Shown here: positions 63,905 through 64,000 of the stretch, in pieces
Position numbering within the stretch: the stretch's first letter is position 1
Layout of the letters: every line of letters begins with the position of its first letter
Assembly: GCA_964016885.1 (NCBI GenBank)
Contig: OZ024742.1
Location: 42,284,001-42,348,000 of the forward strand
Direction: 5' to 3'
DNA: 64,000 nt
DNA from: Eledone cirrhosa
Taxonomy: Eukaryota
Made by a program: the position numbers and the translations under genes
Notes under the pieces: generated by a model
What the model was told of the DNA's origin: nothing
The model's input: the letters and a program-made list of their open reading frames with translations, nothing else
Database searches by the model: none

Positions 63905-64000
63905 GTCTGTGGGGTCTTGTTAACAATGCTGGAATTTCATACTTTGCTGAGACTGAAATGACGTCTGAAGAAATATTCCAGAAAACAATAAATGTCAATC
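63905..64000 (+). CDS. SDR9C-like dehydrogenase exon 4 (truncated by window end)
   Basis: tacag|GT CTG...; (G)LWGLVNNAGISYFAETEMTSEEIFQKTINVN (GLWGLVNNAG motif). Confidence 0.93.

Overview
AT-rich, intron-rich animal genomic DNA; the SINE/RTE repeat content suggests an octopod cephalopod (inference). Three spliced host genes were reconstructed by hand from GT-AG exons with consistent phases: (1) the last four coding exons of SYCP3 (+, 991-10986); (2) a complete 7-exon EMC10 gene (-, 33060-18021, 239 aa); (3) the first four exons of a membrane-anchored SDR9C-type short-chain dehydrogenase (+, from 33368, running off the window end), head-to-head with EMC10 across 307 bp. The rest is mostly transposon material: a deleted Gypsy LTR element, RTE and CRE-type LINE fragments, tRNA-derived SINEs, about 14 TTAA-flanked MITEs, Helitrons and hAT elements. 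The standout is a nested insertion in SDR intron 1: TTAA-MITE > Helitron > Buster-type hAT > a 9-bp-TSD-flanked chimera made of the intact 3' end of Ku70/XRCC6 (linker + SAP domain + UTR with AATAAA) joined to a full-length SINE with an RTE-derived tail. All protein and family assignments are from motif recognition and recall, not database searches.
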